Below the pieces are notes generated by a model. The model was given only the letters and a program-made list of their open reading frames with translations. It did no database searches and was not told the origin of the DNA. Below, piece after piece: positions 1 to 13,434 of a stretch of DNA of 64,000 nucleotides. Source of the stretch: Marsupella aquatica (Eukaryota > Plantae > Marchantiophyta); NCBI GenBank assembly GCA_973895155.1, contig OZ316892.1, positions 19,727,869 to 19,791,868 on the forward strand. Reading direction: 5' to 3'. The position numbers were made by a program, and so were the translations under genes. How positions within the stretch are numbered: position 1 is the first letter of the stretch; the number at the start of each line of letters is the position of its first letter.

Positions 1-1036
1 GACCACACTTCCTTGCTTCCACAAATTTCCCTTGCCTCACCTAAATGTTTTGTGTGTGAAGTATGGGTACCTGCAGAAACCTGGTCAGAATGGAGATAAA
101 GGATGAGCTTGACACCTTGGGACCATCTTGGAACCCAACCCAAAAGACGCCTCTGACTTGCAAAGAGATACAAAAGTTGAGAGAAGACCAAAAATATCGG
201 GACCAGGTACCAGGGTTTATAGAGCAAGTCAATGATTGACTGAGATATGTTCGAACTCTTGAGGTGCATGACATAGTGTGGCAGAAGTCAGAGTCCCCTG
301 TCACCAGTACTAACCCAGCTCAAGCTCAAAAAGCACAAAATAGAGATAAAACAAAATGGTCATTTTCAAAACTAATTTAATTACAAAAGAAACAAATGAT
401 CCTAAATTTCAATCAGCCGTCTTCTATTTTAATTGTGGTAAAATATGAGATGATGATTGAGAGTTTGATCTGACAGCTTTTTGAAAGTGTTGTATGTTCA
501 CTTGTCCATCAGAACTCATGCATCCAGGCTACACCCATTGAAATAATGAAAAGAACTGTAGTATCTCATTATACACCACCAACATGTACGTCTATGTTGA
601 GGACTGATCGATCACACATTTCAAAACCGCAGCTGTTTACTAAAACCCTCACAAGAGCTTTGAAGAAGTCCATCGAGGGAAATTAATCAGTCCAGACATT
701 GCTCAAGAGAATCTTATGCTACTTACTTTTAGCACACACACTAATTAAACTAAGGATGGATATCTTAAAAACTAGCTCAGTCCAGATATTGCTGAAGAGA
801 ATCTTATGCTACAAACTCTTAATATATTAGCACACGCACTAAGCTGAGGATGGAGATCTTAAAAACTTACGTAAGATCTAGGTCCTTATTGGGAACGATC
901 ATGTCATCTTCATATGATCACATTTGCATCCATCCTCCACAACCAAAATGTCATCTCTTAAACAGAAAAGGAAATTAAACTTACTAATTATATTGTTCAA
1001 CAGATTTTATTTCTTGAATCGGCTCCATGTTTTTAT

Positions 1037-2179
1037 TCAAAGCTCAATAGGACTCAGCAATTGTAGAGGATTAAAGTAATCTGACAATAAAGTACCATAT
1101 GCCGTAGGGCACCCTCTAATTGACCACACAACTGGTCTGTTGTTGCTACTGAATCCGCTGCTTTGAAGGATATACCATCCTTTGCTTCTGACAGCGTCTC
1201 GTCTCTTCCACCGCACCATTGCAAACAGTTCATTATTAACTGTTACAATTGAATATGGGTCAAGCTTGACCGAGTCTGTGGGGCCCAGTCCATCATATGC
1301 TATCGAACACCAATGATCCCATGATTTGTTGTCATTGTTGTAAACATGAAATCCATCGGAGTCGGCTGAATAGAACTTTCCTTGCATCATGAATACGCTT
1401 TCAATATTTGAAAATCTATCAACCAGATCCATCCTTGGTTCCACCACTCTCCACTCATCCTTGAGTGGATGATAAACCTGCCATGATGATGCCACTCCAC
1501 TTCGACAGGCCACAAAGAGTTCCTCGCCCATATGTGTAACTCGAAGGGGGAGTTGCTCATATACCATTGGCTTTATTGGGGACCAGGCATCCACTTTGGG
1601 ATCATAAAACTCTGATGCACAAGTATAGGACGTTGGATCCTCTGGGGAAGTACCACCGAATACATACAACTTTCCATCCTTGATACCACACTGGAAGGAG
1701 ATTCTTGGTTCTAGCAAAGCTGCACACTCCTTCCAGTGCATATCCCCAACTGCCACATCCAAAACATGCACTCTTTGGTAGCTCCGGTTATTTGTGCTCA
1801 TCCCTCCCAAAGCATATAAGTTACCCTCCAATGCAATGAACTTGGGGGACCGAAATACAGCCCCGAATACAGCATCTGGGACTTCAGGAATTTGGTAAAG
1901 ACTTTCTTCACTAGGGGAATAAAGATAAATCCCGTCGTGTCCTTGAGAAAAACTAGTGCCAATCCGAAGGACTATACAAGTTTCTAGTGAATGGCAGCAA
2001 ACTGTGGCATTATATACAAGTCGACTTTTAATCACTTGCTGCCAACTTCGACTCAATGAAGACAGTAGGGCAACGTCTCTCCTTGATAGTTTGGTGGCAA
2101 TCTCCATCAACACTACGTCATTGGGTATCCCTGGAAGAAGTTCTTCCAATAAAGATGGCATGATGTCTTGAGGGTCCAT
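1037..2179 (-). CDS. F-box/kelch-repeat protein
   Basis: 380-aa uninterrupted ORF. N-terminal F-box-like LLPGIPNDVVLMEIATKL...LSRSWQQVI, followed by kelch repeats (GNLYALGG, DGKLYVFGG, EFYDPKVDAWSPIKPM, QVYHPLKDEWR). Confidence 0.85.
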   Translation of the reverse strand: MDPQDIMPSLLEELLPGIPNDVVLMEIATKLSRRDVALLSSLSRSWQQVIKSRLVYNATVCCHSLETCIVLRIGTSFSQGHDGIYLYSPSEESLYQIPEVPDAVFGAVFRSPKFIALEGNLYALGGMSTNNRSYQRVHVLDVAVGDMHWKECAALLEPRISFQCGIKDGKLYVFGGTSPEDPTSYTCASEFYDPKVDAWSPIKPMVYEQLPLRVTHMGEELFVACRSGVASSWQVYHPLKDEWRVVEPRMDLVDRFSNIESVFMMQGKFYSADSDGFHVYNNDNKSWDHWCSIAYDGLGPTDSVKLDPYSIVTVNNELFAMVRWKRRDAVRSKGWYILQSSGFSSNNRPVVWSIRGCPTAYGTLLSDYFNPLQLLSPIEL

Positions 2180-3785
2180 AAGATTTATTCGACTTCGAGG
2201 TACCTGGAAGCACCAAGCACGAGAACGTACAGTCTCCGTATTAGTAGTCAGATCTATACCATCCTCTAGATCTCCTTATTTACCAAAAGCAGATGTCTTT
2301 CCTGAGATGAAATTTCTTCAACATGCAAAGATGTGTAGGTACTAATGGAGCCAGTCCTGTTCTACAAATTCAGACCGCTAAGTATTCTATCGAACAACTA
2401 TATTAAAACCGTCAAACTACATCTCACTTCACTGGCAGAAGAAATATATACTGATTCTATTAATTGATAATTCACAAGCTAGAAGTAAGAGGAATGTAGG
2501 TTTTCAGATGGGTTTGAAGAAGTACATACAGAGAGTTTGATCGATGAAGATCAAAGAAACCAACAAGAACCTTGTGGTGTGGTGTAGGACCAGAAGCTAC
2601 GCAGGAACTAGAACTACGAAGAGATCGAGATTGTCTATAACAGGACTGTAGAGGAGTCGTCCACCGAATGCAAGAGTGCCAAAACTCCTCCCGAATTAGA
2701 ATCACAAAGCTAGAGGCGGAGACTGTCTATAACAGTCAGGACTGTACTCCAAAAGCAAAAGTGGAACTGGAATGCGAGATAAAGTTTCTCAGGAGCACGC
2801 AATGAGCTCTCAAAGGCCAAACATGAATACGTACTCTGGATGACTTATTGCAATGGACACATAAGGTGAACATAGAGAGGCAGTGAGATAGAAGAATGAA
2901 GTAGAATGGAGGCAGAGTACGTGCTTCTTATAAGGTACCCTGGCAGCAGCTGAAGTGCATGAGATATTAATGATGAAAGGGATGTGGCATTGACAATAGA
3001 CAAGTTTCTAGTCTCCCCAAAAAAGTTTGACAGACCGAGGACTTGCTTGATGAAATAGTACTGACTAAAGACACGTTTCTCAGACTGAGCCAGAGTCCAA
3101 CGAACTGGTGCAACTTGGTGTCACTGACTAAGCACTTACCTGCAGCTTCAATTACTATTTCCCCACATAGTTTACAACCTACATTTGTTTGGGGAATAAA
3201 TCTAGTTTGCATAAGAGACAATTCTCAAGATTTTGACTGGACCACCAAAAGTTATAATATTAAGTCCTATCAAATTTGAAAACGCTTAGAGATTGCGTTG
3301 TGTTCGCTGTTTAATTAAGGCAGCAACAGGTTTCCCTGAGCCATTTGAGCCCCCTTTCCTGTAGCAGGAGTCTACAGAATTAGAAAGCTTAAAGCGGTGC
3401 TTTGCTCCAATTAATTAATTAATGTACAAGAAAATGGGAAAACAGCTGGGCATTCCAGTTTTAGAATTTTTGGAGTAAGGAGTATGCATGAATGATGTAA
3501 AGGTGGACTTTGCTCCGAGATGTTGAGTTTGTATTATCAATTTCCGATGCCTTGGCCTTCTTTTCATTGGAAGATGGGTTAAAAATGGTTGTGGTTTGTG
3601 TGACTTAGAATTGTAAGTTGCATTGTTTGACATGAGCACCAAATTAACATGTTGTTACTAGCTAGCTTCCAAAATTCAGAAGCTAGTCATTAGATGAGCT
3701 TGCTAAACATACCCTCATGTTATGACTTCAGCTATTCTTCCAGCGGATGCCTTTCTGAGACATTATATGATCGAGCAGGATTTAA

Positions 3786-4015
3786 GGCAACAGGTGCGAG
3801 CACAACAACACCTAGCTTCTTTGATACTTTTCTCTCTCAAAATGATATAGTGCGATTTTGCTTTTACTGCTGTTTTGTTTACGCTCTTTCTTAAACTGGG
3901 CAACAGGTGCGAGCACAACAACACCTAGCTTAATTCTTTGATACTTTTCTCTCTCGAAATGATATCCTGCGTTTTTGCTTTTACTGCTGTTTTGTTTACG
4001 CTCTTTCTTAAACTG
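3786..4015. repeat. Two-copy direct repeat, ~115 bp
   Basis: GGCAACAGGTGCGAGCACAACAACACCTAGCTT...CTCTTTCTTAAACTG occurs at ~3786 and again at ~3899. Confidence 0.7.
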
Positions 4016-6420
4016 TCTCAGAACATTGGGTCGATCCAGTGCTTTTTCCTCTCCCAGAATGTCTTTTGCCTTTGCTTTTGTTGCTATCATTGTTGCGCCC
4101 ATTCGATCTAAACCATGTCCCAGACTATTGAGTCGCAGTTCTGTGATTCGTTCTCTCGGGCAATTAGTTGGATTTTCCGCTTCTCTACGACATTTGGATG
4201 TGTGAGCTTGTTCCCCAAGCTTTGTGAAGTCCCCATTTTCAGGTCCCTAAGGCTCTGATATAATTTTTGCTGAATTTTAACGTGCTATATATCAGTAGGT
4301 TGGTGTGGCAAAAGTTGAGCACTAGACGAGATCGAAGGAGGATTCGGAGTTGACAATTCCCTCACCTACTTAATTTGAAGAGATGGTTTCGAAAATGTGA
4401 TGGTTGCACGTCGAAGCAATTACCCAGGAAGGCTTGAGTATAGTCGAGCTCTCTACTGCCGACCCGAATAACAGGTTTTACTCCCGAAACTATTTCAAGC
4501 AAATTTGGGGAGACACATATCTTTCTCTACCGCCAACCCGAACAAATAGTGTTGTAGTCGATCACGATAAAGTTAGCTAAGGCAAATATTTTCCCTAGCC
4601 TCACTTGTTTTCTTTATACATAATTAATCATTCTTGGCCCAATGCTCACGTGTAATTGTGGTGGCGTGTTCTCATACCAATAGTTTTGTCTTGTCAACTA
4701 AGGTTGGCATTGAAGAAGCGTTCTCACTGGTTGGGTTGTTGTGGAACTGGTTGTGGAAGTGTGTCAGTTTGTAAATGTACTTATGGTTGCAGTTGGGTGT
4801 TGTTGGGGAAGGTTGGCAGTAAACGTTTGTTGTAGTTGCATGCAGCTGGGTATTCTTAGACCGAGGTGACAATGACTAGAATGAATGCAAGTGGTGGAGG
4901 AAAATGGCAAGTGGTGAGGTGAATATGCACAATGACGAGATTGAATGCAATTGGCTGGGCGGGAACTATCATTAATTTGAAAAACATTAATTGTTTGGTT
5001 AGAGAAGTCAGCGCAAGTTTCTTTGTGCTTTTAATGCTCCAAAAAGACAATTAACACTCACTTAATTTGATAACATGATAAGCATAGCTAAGAATCATTT
5101 CTGTGCTATTTTCATTACATTAAATTAAAAATAACTAGCATATATTTGATACTAAAACACGGTGAATAAAGAACCTGCGGCTAAACCTGGGGATGATGAA
5201 ACGGGGCCAAACTCTCACTTCAAAGCTAGCGGAAAATATTAATACTCCTAGTGTACATTTAGTTGCTCATGATGGTGTTCCTTTTTCGATGCCACCATAT
5301 TGACACACTAGGACACTAGAAGTAATGCAACTTTCTTCTCAGTTTGCACAGATCGAAAATTTGAGAACATCAACTCTTTATGTACAGGTACTTCAGAGGT
5401 CTCAGAAAGAGATGGGTATCACCATTACTCGGCGAGGTAGACAAATCTATTTCTGAGTATTCATGGTCTGCTTAACTGAACAATGGTATACTGTATACCA
5501 TGTGGAAACGCTCCTATGTAATCACTCTCTAAAAAAGGAATACTAAACTATTGACATGTAGCAAGCACTAAATCATGTGATGAGAAGTGACATTTTTAAA
5601 TTGTTACCCCTTACTTCCTTGGTACTTCTAAGTCCTTCCCTACAATAAATAAAACCCCGCACATGATGTAAACATTTGTGGAAGTGACCCCGCAGGGCAA
5701 CAGAGGCAAAAGTTTTGTTGCTCACCTGTTCAATATCAGATTCGTCCACCTAAACTATCAGAACACCAATATCCTCTTCACAAATTTAGTGACAATCTGA
5801 TCATGTATGTATGAATGGAGACAAAACAAGTTTAAAAGACTCAAGAGTGGTGAAGACTTTCTTTCAGACTGAGTAAATATATTTCAGTTCTGAGCTATCT
5901 AGCTTTATTATATAGGTGATTGAAATAAATCCAATTGGACAATAAATCTAGAGTGGAAGGACTGCATGGGGCCAGCTTTTTCGTTTATTTCTGGGTTGAA
6001 TAATATATATATACATATTGTTAAGACAAATTTTTGTGCTGAATAAGTATCTGCACCCTCTAGCCCAGACGTTCATCTTTAGAGTGATGGGCTGAGAAGG
6101 TTAACCATGGTTTGAGAGCGTGATACCAGCAGGTATAAAGTAATTAATATCTCACACATAGACATAGCTCAGGAGCCCATTGCACTGTGAGCTGGTTGTT
6201 ACGGGTTTGACAGTAGTACTGAAACTCATACTTTGAACCCAAGCAGCTGGCCTAGTTTTGAGGCAGGATTGTAAAGTTTTAGGTGAGAATTACTCCTCCA
6301 AATACGATGGAAGATCAGTCTAGGTTTTGTTCTACTTTATCCAATCTGTTGAAAGCAGCCAGATCAAGGTGCACACGACACTATCAACTATCAAATCACT
6401 ACAGACTCGGTGTGTCCTTT

Positions 6421-7296
6421 GACCCCTGGGCCCTCAGCTTACAAAATAACAAAACATACATCCAATGAGTATTAAATATCAAATTTTTGAATAATATTAT
6501 AACACCGTTCTAACCAACAAGGTACTTATATACCTCCAATGTTGATTGAAATAAATGAAAGTTTCTTTTTTAATGTGTCCCAAAGTTGTTCAATTGAAGG
6601 GCCATGGAAATACCCAATGACTCGTGTCATCCATTGATTGGACCACGTGTCAACGTACCAAGTGGGATTAGGGTGTACGGGATTTGGGGGAATAGTGCCC
6701 AAAGATTGTCATGTTCCCCCTCACCCCTCCCTTTGTAAGAGCCGTCCGATGGAAGATACCCTAGATTGGACGACCAGGATTATGAATGGGTCCAAGGGGC
6801 TGGCAAGACCAGGGGGAGACAGTGCTGGAGACTGGGACTCAAGCAGGCACGACAGGAGGGGTCTCCCCAGAGGTTGCTAGCCGGGGCCCCACTTTCTCAA
6901 TTTCTTCTGGGCTTTCTTTGCGAGTTCTTCATCTTCTGCAGAGCTTGCTTGATCTTGGGCCAGGGTTTGGGCGAAAGTGTTTGACGTTGGGCCTTCTCAG
7001 CAATCTGGGCGGACTGCGAGCTGGGGCGGGAGCTCGGGTCAGGATTGCAAGCTGGGCGGGGAGTAATTTTTTTATAGCAAATGAAGGGTATTTTAAATTC
7101 CAACATATGTTTGATTATAATAACATAAGTAGATTTCATATGTTTGATTATAATAACATAGGTAGATTTTATATAGGACTGAAAATTTCTTTTTAGAACA
7201 AACAAGGTTAATTTTAATGTTCCTCCAAAATATACCCCTGGGGTTTTGGGTCACAAGTATGCTTCATTATATTTCCCTTAGTGAGGGACCTGGGTC
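6421..7296. mobile_element. MITE-like insertion present in only one duplicate copy
   Basis: Absent from the paralogous site near 9765. Ends GACCCCTGGGCCCTCA and TGAGGGACCTGGGTC are imperfect inverted repeats. Flanks TTT/TTC may be a 3-bp TSD. Confidence 0.45.
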
Positions 7297-7491
7297 TTCC
7301 ACCAAACCCAAAATTGTCTTTACGTCCCCAATTGAGCTTCAAAGTAATTAAGCAATTAATTATCAAGATGCACATGCACATCCATATCACCAAAAAAATC
7401 CTTATATAATAGCTAGTATCACTACATAGAAGTAGCAACAAAGTACCAAAATGCAGGGAAGCTGCCCATAAAGAATCTCAGTCCCAAAGTC

Positions 7492-7522
<31 letters not shown>

Positions 7523-7737
7523 CATCTAGCTGTGATCAATTGCTAGCTAGTGAGTTTGTGACATTCTGCGTAACACTAGAAATTTGAAAACACTGCTAGG
7601 CCAATGGGGTTCATTCCCAGAGCCCTTGGGAAACCAGAGAGAAGTAGAAAACCCTTGTGTTTACATACTGTTCACTCGATCTTTCCTCACCCTAAAATGG
7701 TGAAAGCAGTAGGCAAAGCTAAAGGCAGCCAATGCTA

Positions 7738-7941
7738 TCATGATGGGAAGAACCGTTGCTGCTTAGTAGCGTTTTCTGCCCCCACTTCGGGAGTGTAGTC
7801 ATGTACTTTCAAAAAAGTACTCGATCTTGATCTCTTCAACACTCTTGCCATTGATGAGGTCGGCAAATCTCTGGCACACCAAATCGAGCAGAGGCCTCAA
7901 ATTCATGTAGCTTCCTGCCTACAAGGAGCAACGAGAAATTT

Positions 7942-8002
<61 letters not shown>

Positions 8003-8438
8003 ATTCAGCAGCTCACTAATAAATACTGGGAGGTCGATCATACACAAATCCAGATCCTAGGGATTATATATGCCATGCACGGAATTGACCTAGATAATTG
8101 CTTAGAAGTTAGTGCCTGAATGAACAAATAAGCTACAGTAGCCTTACATGGATGAGACCCAAAAGGGTTGGATGATCAACCTCGACAAAAGCAGCATCCC
8201 AATGCTTTACTTCATCGTCGGTAGCAGAATTAGATTGCAGATGATATGTGCAATACTGGATCACCTTGATCAGTATCGTGCTGGGATCGAATTGACATTC
8301 GGCAAGCAAATGATGTACTCGTCAGTGATCTCCACTCTCGCCATGACTAGTTTTGCTTCTTGCAGCACCGCCAGGTCTACTTCAAGTTTAGCATGGTCAG
8401 ATGACTACAACTGCACCTTAATTTCTCTGGCTTGACAT
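7738..8438 (-). pseudogene. SKP1-like pseudogene, copy 1 (two exons)
   Basis: Paralog of 10246-10924. Early frameshift and stop in exon 1, an insertion near 8290, and a 4-nt insertion in exon 2 (AGSYMNLRPLLDLVCQRFADLINGKSVEEIK, then frameshift). Confidence 0.8.
7946..8000. repeat. (AG)n microsatellite in the SKP1 copy 1 intron
   Basis: Perfect AG run. The paralogous run is at 10404-10458. Confidence 0.95.
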
Positions 8439-10245
8439 CTTGGTTCGTCTGGTGGTTGCATGTGTCGAATGTGAGTTTTCTCTCACATGATGTTAACATT
8501 TGTGAAAGTGACCCCCCAGGGCAAGAGAGGCGCGCTAAAGTTTAGTTGCTCACATGTTCAATATCAGTTTCGTCCACCTAAACTATTAGAACACCAATAT
8601 CATCTCCACAAATTTGGTGACAATTTGATCATGCATGTATGTAGGAATGGAGACACAACAAGTTTAAAAGACTCAAGAGTGGTGAGACGTTCTTTCAGAC
8701 TGACTATATATGTTTCAGTTCTGAGCTATATATCTAGCTTTATTACATAGGTGATTGAAATGAATCCAATTGGACAATAAATCTAGAGTGGAAGGCGCTA
8801 GGACTGAATGGGGCCAGCTTGTGCACTCCCGAATTCAGACCCAGCTTTTCACTTCAGCTTAGTTCAATCAATCTAAATAGGGAGGAGTGGTCTGTGTTGA
8901 GCCGCGCCAGCTTTCCTACTCTTAGATGATTCAAACTCCTTTGTTGAGTTAGCTTAGTCCATAACTGCCCTCCGGATATAGTTAGATTGACGGTCAAATC
9001 CGGGGGTCAAATGAAACAGGCTCGGACCTAAGTTGAGTAGGCAAGCAGAATGTGGGCATCATTCTCATGAGTCGCGTTTGGATGGGATACATGCCGGCAA
9101 AATATGTAGGATATCGTTTGATTTTATGGAACGGGATTGATGAATATGACAAATCCTGCTTGCCGATCATTAATTTACTCTTGGTAACAAAAATGCTGGG
9201 TCGACATCACAAGAAATGCATGCCCAAAGAAATACTATGTCAAGACGGATTTAATGTACCTAAAGATTTTATGAGAAGCTTACACCAACAACAATACGGG
9301 GTGTCGCGCGATCAGATACATTGTGGCAATAATTTGGGAGCTAGGGTAGCTAGTTTGGGATAAAACTAGACAAGAGGGAGGCCAAATTAAAGAATAGGAA
9401 GATGAGTTAAAGGCAGAAGTGGCCAAACTACGGGAACAGGAGGAGGTAAATCTATAGCTCAAAAAGTAGATCCGCAGAGAAAAAAAGAATTCTTACTTTT
9501 TTCATTGGCTATATAGAAATAAATAGACGGAATATAATTGAGCGAGATGATGGAGCACAGAGGGAGGGCACCGTTCACTAGAGCAGGTCGACTGAAACGC
9601 GACCCAAAGGCTCATTTATAACACAAGGCAGATCTATTCCCTTCCCATGTGGGACATGATTTGTCTAGGTTTTGTTCTACTTTATCCAATCGCTCTGTTG
9701 AAAGTAGCCGGATCGAAGTGCACACAATACTAGCTATCAAATCACTAGAGACTGGGCGCGTCCTTCGACCAAACCGAAAATCTATTGTCTTTACGTACCC
9801 GATTGATCTTCAAATTAACTAAGCAATTAATTATCAAGATGCACATGCACAACCATATCACCATAAACATCCTTATATAATCGTATCATTACATAGAACC
9901 AAATTAAGTACCAAAATGCTGCAGGAAAGTTCCCCAGAAAGAATCTCAGTCCCAAAGTCTATATATATATTGCACATCTAGCTGTGATCAATTGCTAGTT
10001 AGCTAGTAAGTTTGTGACGTTCTATGTGACACTAGAAAATTGAAAACACTGCTAGGCCAATGGGGTTCATTAACAAAGCCCTTGGGAAACCCTTGTGTTT
10101 ACATACTGCTCACTCTATCGTTCCTGACCCTAAAATGGTGAAAAGCAGTACGCAAAGCTAAAGGCAGCCAATGCTATCATGATGGGAAGAACCACTGGGA
10201 AAACCATTGCTGCTTAGTAGCGTTTTCTGCCCTCTCTTTGGGAGT

Positions 10246-10399
10246 TTAGTCATGCGCTATCCCAAAAGTACTCTTGATCTCTTGAACACTGTTGCCATTG
10301 ATGAGGTCGGCAGCTCTCTGGCACACCAAATCGAGCAGAGGCCTCAAATTCATGTAGTTTCCTGCCTACAAGGAGCAACGAGGAATTTTAATTAGACAT

Positions 10400-10462
<63 letters not shown>

Positions 10463-10924
10463 CAAGCCAGATCGAAGAATGTGTTATTCAGCAGTCCACT
10501 AATAAAATACTGCAAGGTCGATCATACGCAAATCTAGATCCTAGGGATTATATATGCCATGCACGGAATTGACCTAGATAATTGTTTAAAAATTAGTGCC
10601 TGAATGAACAAATAAGCTACAGTAGCTAGAGGATGTCAAACTTACATGGATGAGACCCAAAAGGGTTGGATGATCAACCTCGACAAAAGCAGCATCCCAA
10701 TGCTTTATTTCATCGTCGGTAGCAGAACTAGATTGCAAATGATATGTGCAATACTGGATCACCTTGATCAGTATGGTGCTGGGAACATTCGGCAAGCAAA
10801 TGATGTACTCGTCAGTGATCTTCACTGTCTCCATGACTAGTTTTGCGTCTTGCAGCACCGCCAGGTCTACTTCAAATTTAACATGGTTAGATGACCACAG
10901 CTGCACCTTTCTCTGGCTTGACAT
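10246..10924 (-). CDS. SKP1-like protein, copy 2, C-terminally truncated (exons 10924-10646 and 10365-10246)
   Basis: Exon 1 reads MSSQRKVQLWSSNHVKFEVD...LPNVPSTILIKVIQYCTYH...WDAAFVEVDHPTLLGLIH. GT-AG intron at the usual SKP1 position. Exon 2 reads AGNYMNLRPLLDLVCQRAADLINGNSVQEIKSTFGIAHD*, with TAA where copy 1 has TAC. Confidence 0.8.
10404..10458. repeat. (AG)n microsatellite in the SKP1 copy 2 intron
   Basis: Perfect AG run. Confidence 0.95.
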
Positions 10925-13434
10925 CTTGGTTCGTCTGGTGGTTGTGTCTGTATGTGAGCTTTCTCTCCGATAGAGTTGAGTTACCTCTCTAGCCAGAATC
11001 TGTTTCGTGCTAGTCAGAAGAATTGCCAATGTAACGATACACTTTCCCTGTTGAAAGATTTTGTCAGGGATTTCCTGCAAATGTATGTTGTAGTGTTTGG
11101 CTAAACAGCTGCAACGTAGTACAGTTGTGAGCATAAGGTATACATATCAATCTTTACTTGAGATTCTGAGATGCATGTTCTACATGGCACGATATAAGGT
11201 CACAATACCTCAACTGATACGTCCAAAAACTAAAGAAAATAGAAAAACATCACATACTGAGTGCAGCACGGGGTAGAGAGGACACCTGATGACAAAGCGA
11301 AAAACCAACGAACTTAGCTTGATTCTCTTTAGGTGCCCGTTCTGTCGGTTACTTATAAGACTCTCAACAAACGATAATGTTCCCAACCTTTATATATAGG
11401 TTAAAACGAAGCTTTTGTAGTCTTTGGTCAGCTAGGTATAGATCTTTCTCATAAATGATTAAAGGCATTCAAGCTAGGTTGTTAGTCAGGTGCGTATTCA
11501 TCAATGGTCATAAGTGAACAGAAAGCCAGTTGGATCCGGGGATGGATCCTGGGATAGGCAACTCTAGCTTGTATGATAGAAACGGCCAGGGTCCAACCTC
11601 TTCAAGGAAATACGTACACCTAACCGGCTGTCTACTGTGACATCGTCCCTCAGTCTTAATTAGTTGTTACTGGACAGTCTATAGTCTTGTTACTGGACAG
11701 TCTGTGTTAATTAAGGCATTCTGGCTTTTACCTTCTGGTGAAGCACAAGCTCAGAACAAATTAGTTTGTCACGGCTAAGTAGTCCTAACCACTTTTCTCC
11801 AGAAGGAGATAATTATAAGCTATATATAATGTGCATACTGGCATGTTTGAAGTTGAAAAAATGAGGAAGAAACTTGATCAAAACCAAATTAAATGGCTTA
11901 TTTTTTACAAGTGTCCACAAACAAACCAGCCAGCATCATGAGATTTTTGTTAGATTTCTAAAAATATTCTTATAAAAATTATAGAAGTCTTTTTTAATCT
12001 TATGGGGCAGAAAACAAAACCAAACTTAATATACGACTCAAAAAACTCAAAAAATGGGAAACCCAAGCGTTTAAAACTTTCTCTTTCATTACAGTCTCTA
12101 GGCCCCCACTCTTAGGTAATAATTGTTCTACATGAGAATGATTCATTTAAGTGGTGGACCTTGTCACGCAGCACCCATGCCTGAGTGCCCCTGGTGCCCG
12201 AACGCCTCCACAAAATACCTTGAGCAAGCAACTTGATACCCCTTGCACAGCCTCCGGCCCCTCCCGTACGAAGCCGCACTTGCTCTCTGACACAATCGTT
12301 ACTCAATGGTCCTCATTGTCTGCACTGCACAAGCAACCAAGCGTCTTGGTAAGTAACCCCTTAGGATCTAGATCCCAAGTCTAACATCCTAACTCAAGCT
12401 CAACAGACATTGGTAAGTAAGTCAGCGATAGGTCCTCCCGATGCCATAAGCCAAAACCAGAACCGACACCCACTGTCCGTCTTGAACAACTTCTTCCTTG
12501 GGCGCAGCCCGCCGGGTTCCCCCTCATACCTATCCATCACCAACTGACCGCCCTGCCCCCAGACATGCTCATGTCCCAAGTAACTTGTCCTAAAGCTTGT
12601 CCCAACACGTCGGGACCATAATGGCCCCGACTATAGCAACCAACTCCCAGTTCTCGCCCAACTGATGATCTAGGGCCAAATTCTCTTGGAACTTAACCTT
12701 CATGCCTACTTGGCCTTGCCTCCCCAATGCAAGCTCCTTTGAGAGATTGAATGCGGCTTGGTTATTGTTTCGGCATGATTTGGCAAGCGGGCGAGATAGC
12801 CCCCCATAAACCCCTAGAACCTATGGCACCCACAGACCCAAATGATCTTAGGAGTATGTAGCTTTTGTTGAGAGATTTCCAATGCACCCAAGAAGTCCCT
12901 CAACGAACTTCTCATTGGGAAATTATCGCCGTTTTTGTTTGACTTTTTCCTTTTAATTAGTGTCGCGACCGCCGCGGCTCACGATTTTGGTTCGCCCTTA
13001 GCGATTTCACTCCCCTCATATATGCTTCTGGAGACCTGCCACCCCCGGACCAGCTTTGGTCCCCAAATTTTGGCCCCCAACCTGGGCCCCAACCCGCATG
13101 TATGGGCGCACCACCAACTGGCAATGCCCATAACTTTCTAGTTAGACGTCCGCAAGTGGAGTGCCTTAGCCCATTGGGATCAAACCGACCCAGTCCTTAT
13201 GCCTAGGCCCTCAAATCCCATTGTCGCTTGGGGCCCCCGATCGGCCAAACCCGGATTGGGCCACAACTTCCGTGCCCATGGAGTTAACTCCATTAGCCTT
13301 GGGCTCAAGAGGAGCTCTCACTCAAGCCCTCAAAATTCAAAGTCCATTTGGGGGTCTAGACGGTCGACCTTGAGCCCGACTAGCCCTCTGCTAGTCTAAA
13401 TCCTTAGTGTGTGTTACTAGCTTAGTGCCTTGAA

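Larger units (their letters stand above)
5660..10960. repeat. Tandem segmental duplication containing the SKP1-like gene (copies ~5660-8485 and ~8485-10960)
   Basis: Collinear similar blocks: 5660-5980 vs 8485-8820, 6318-6424 vs 9665-9770, 7300-8480 vs 9770-10960. Each copy has its own insertions. Confidence 0.8.

Noticed and set aside
10925-11134. N-terminal extension of the SKP1 ORF
   Set aside because: SKP1 similarity starts at the ATG at 10924. The upstream part looks like UTR or intron and is not conserved in copy 1.
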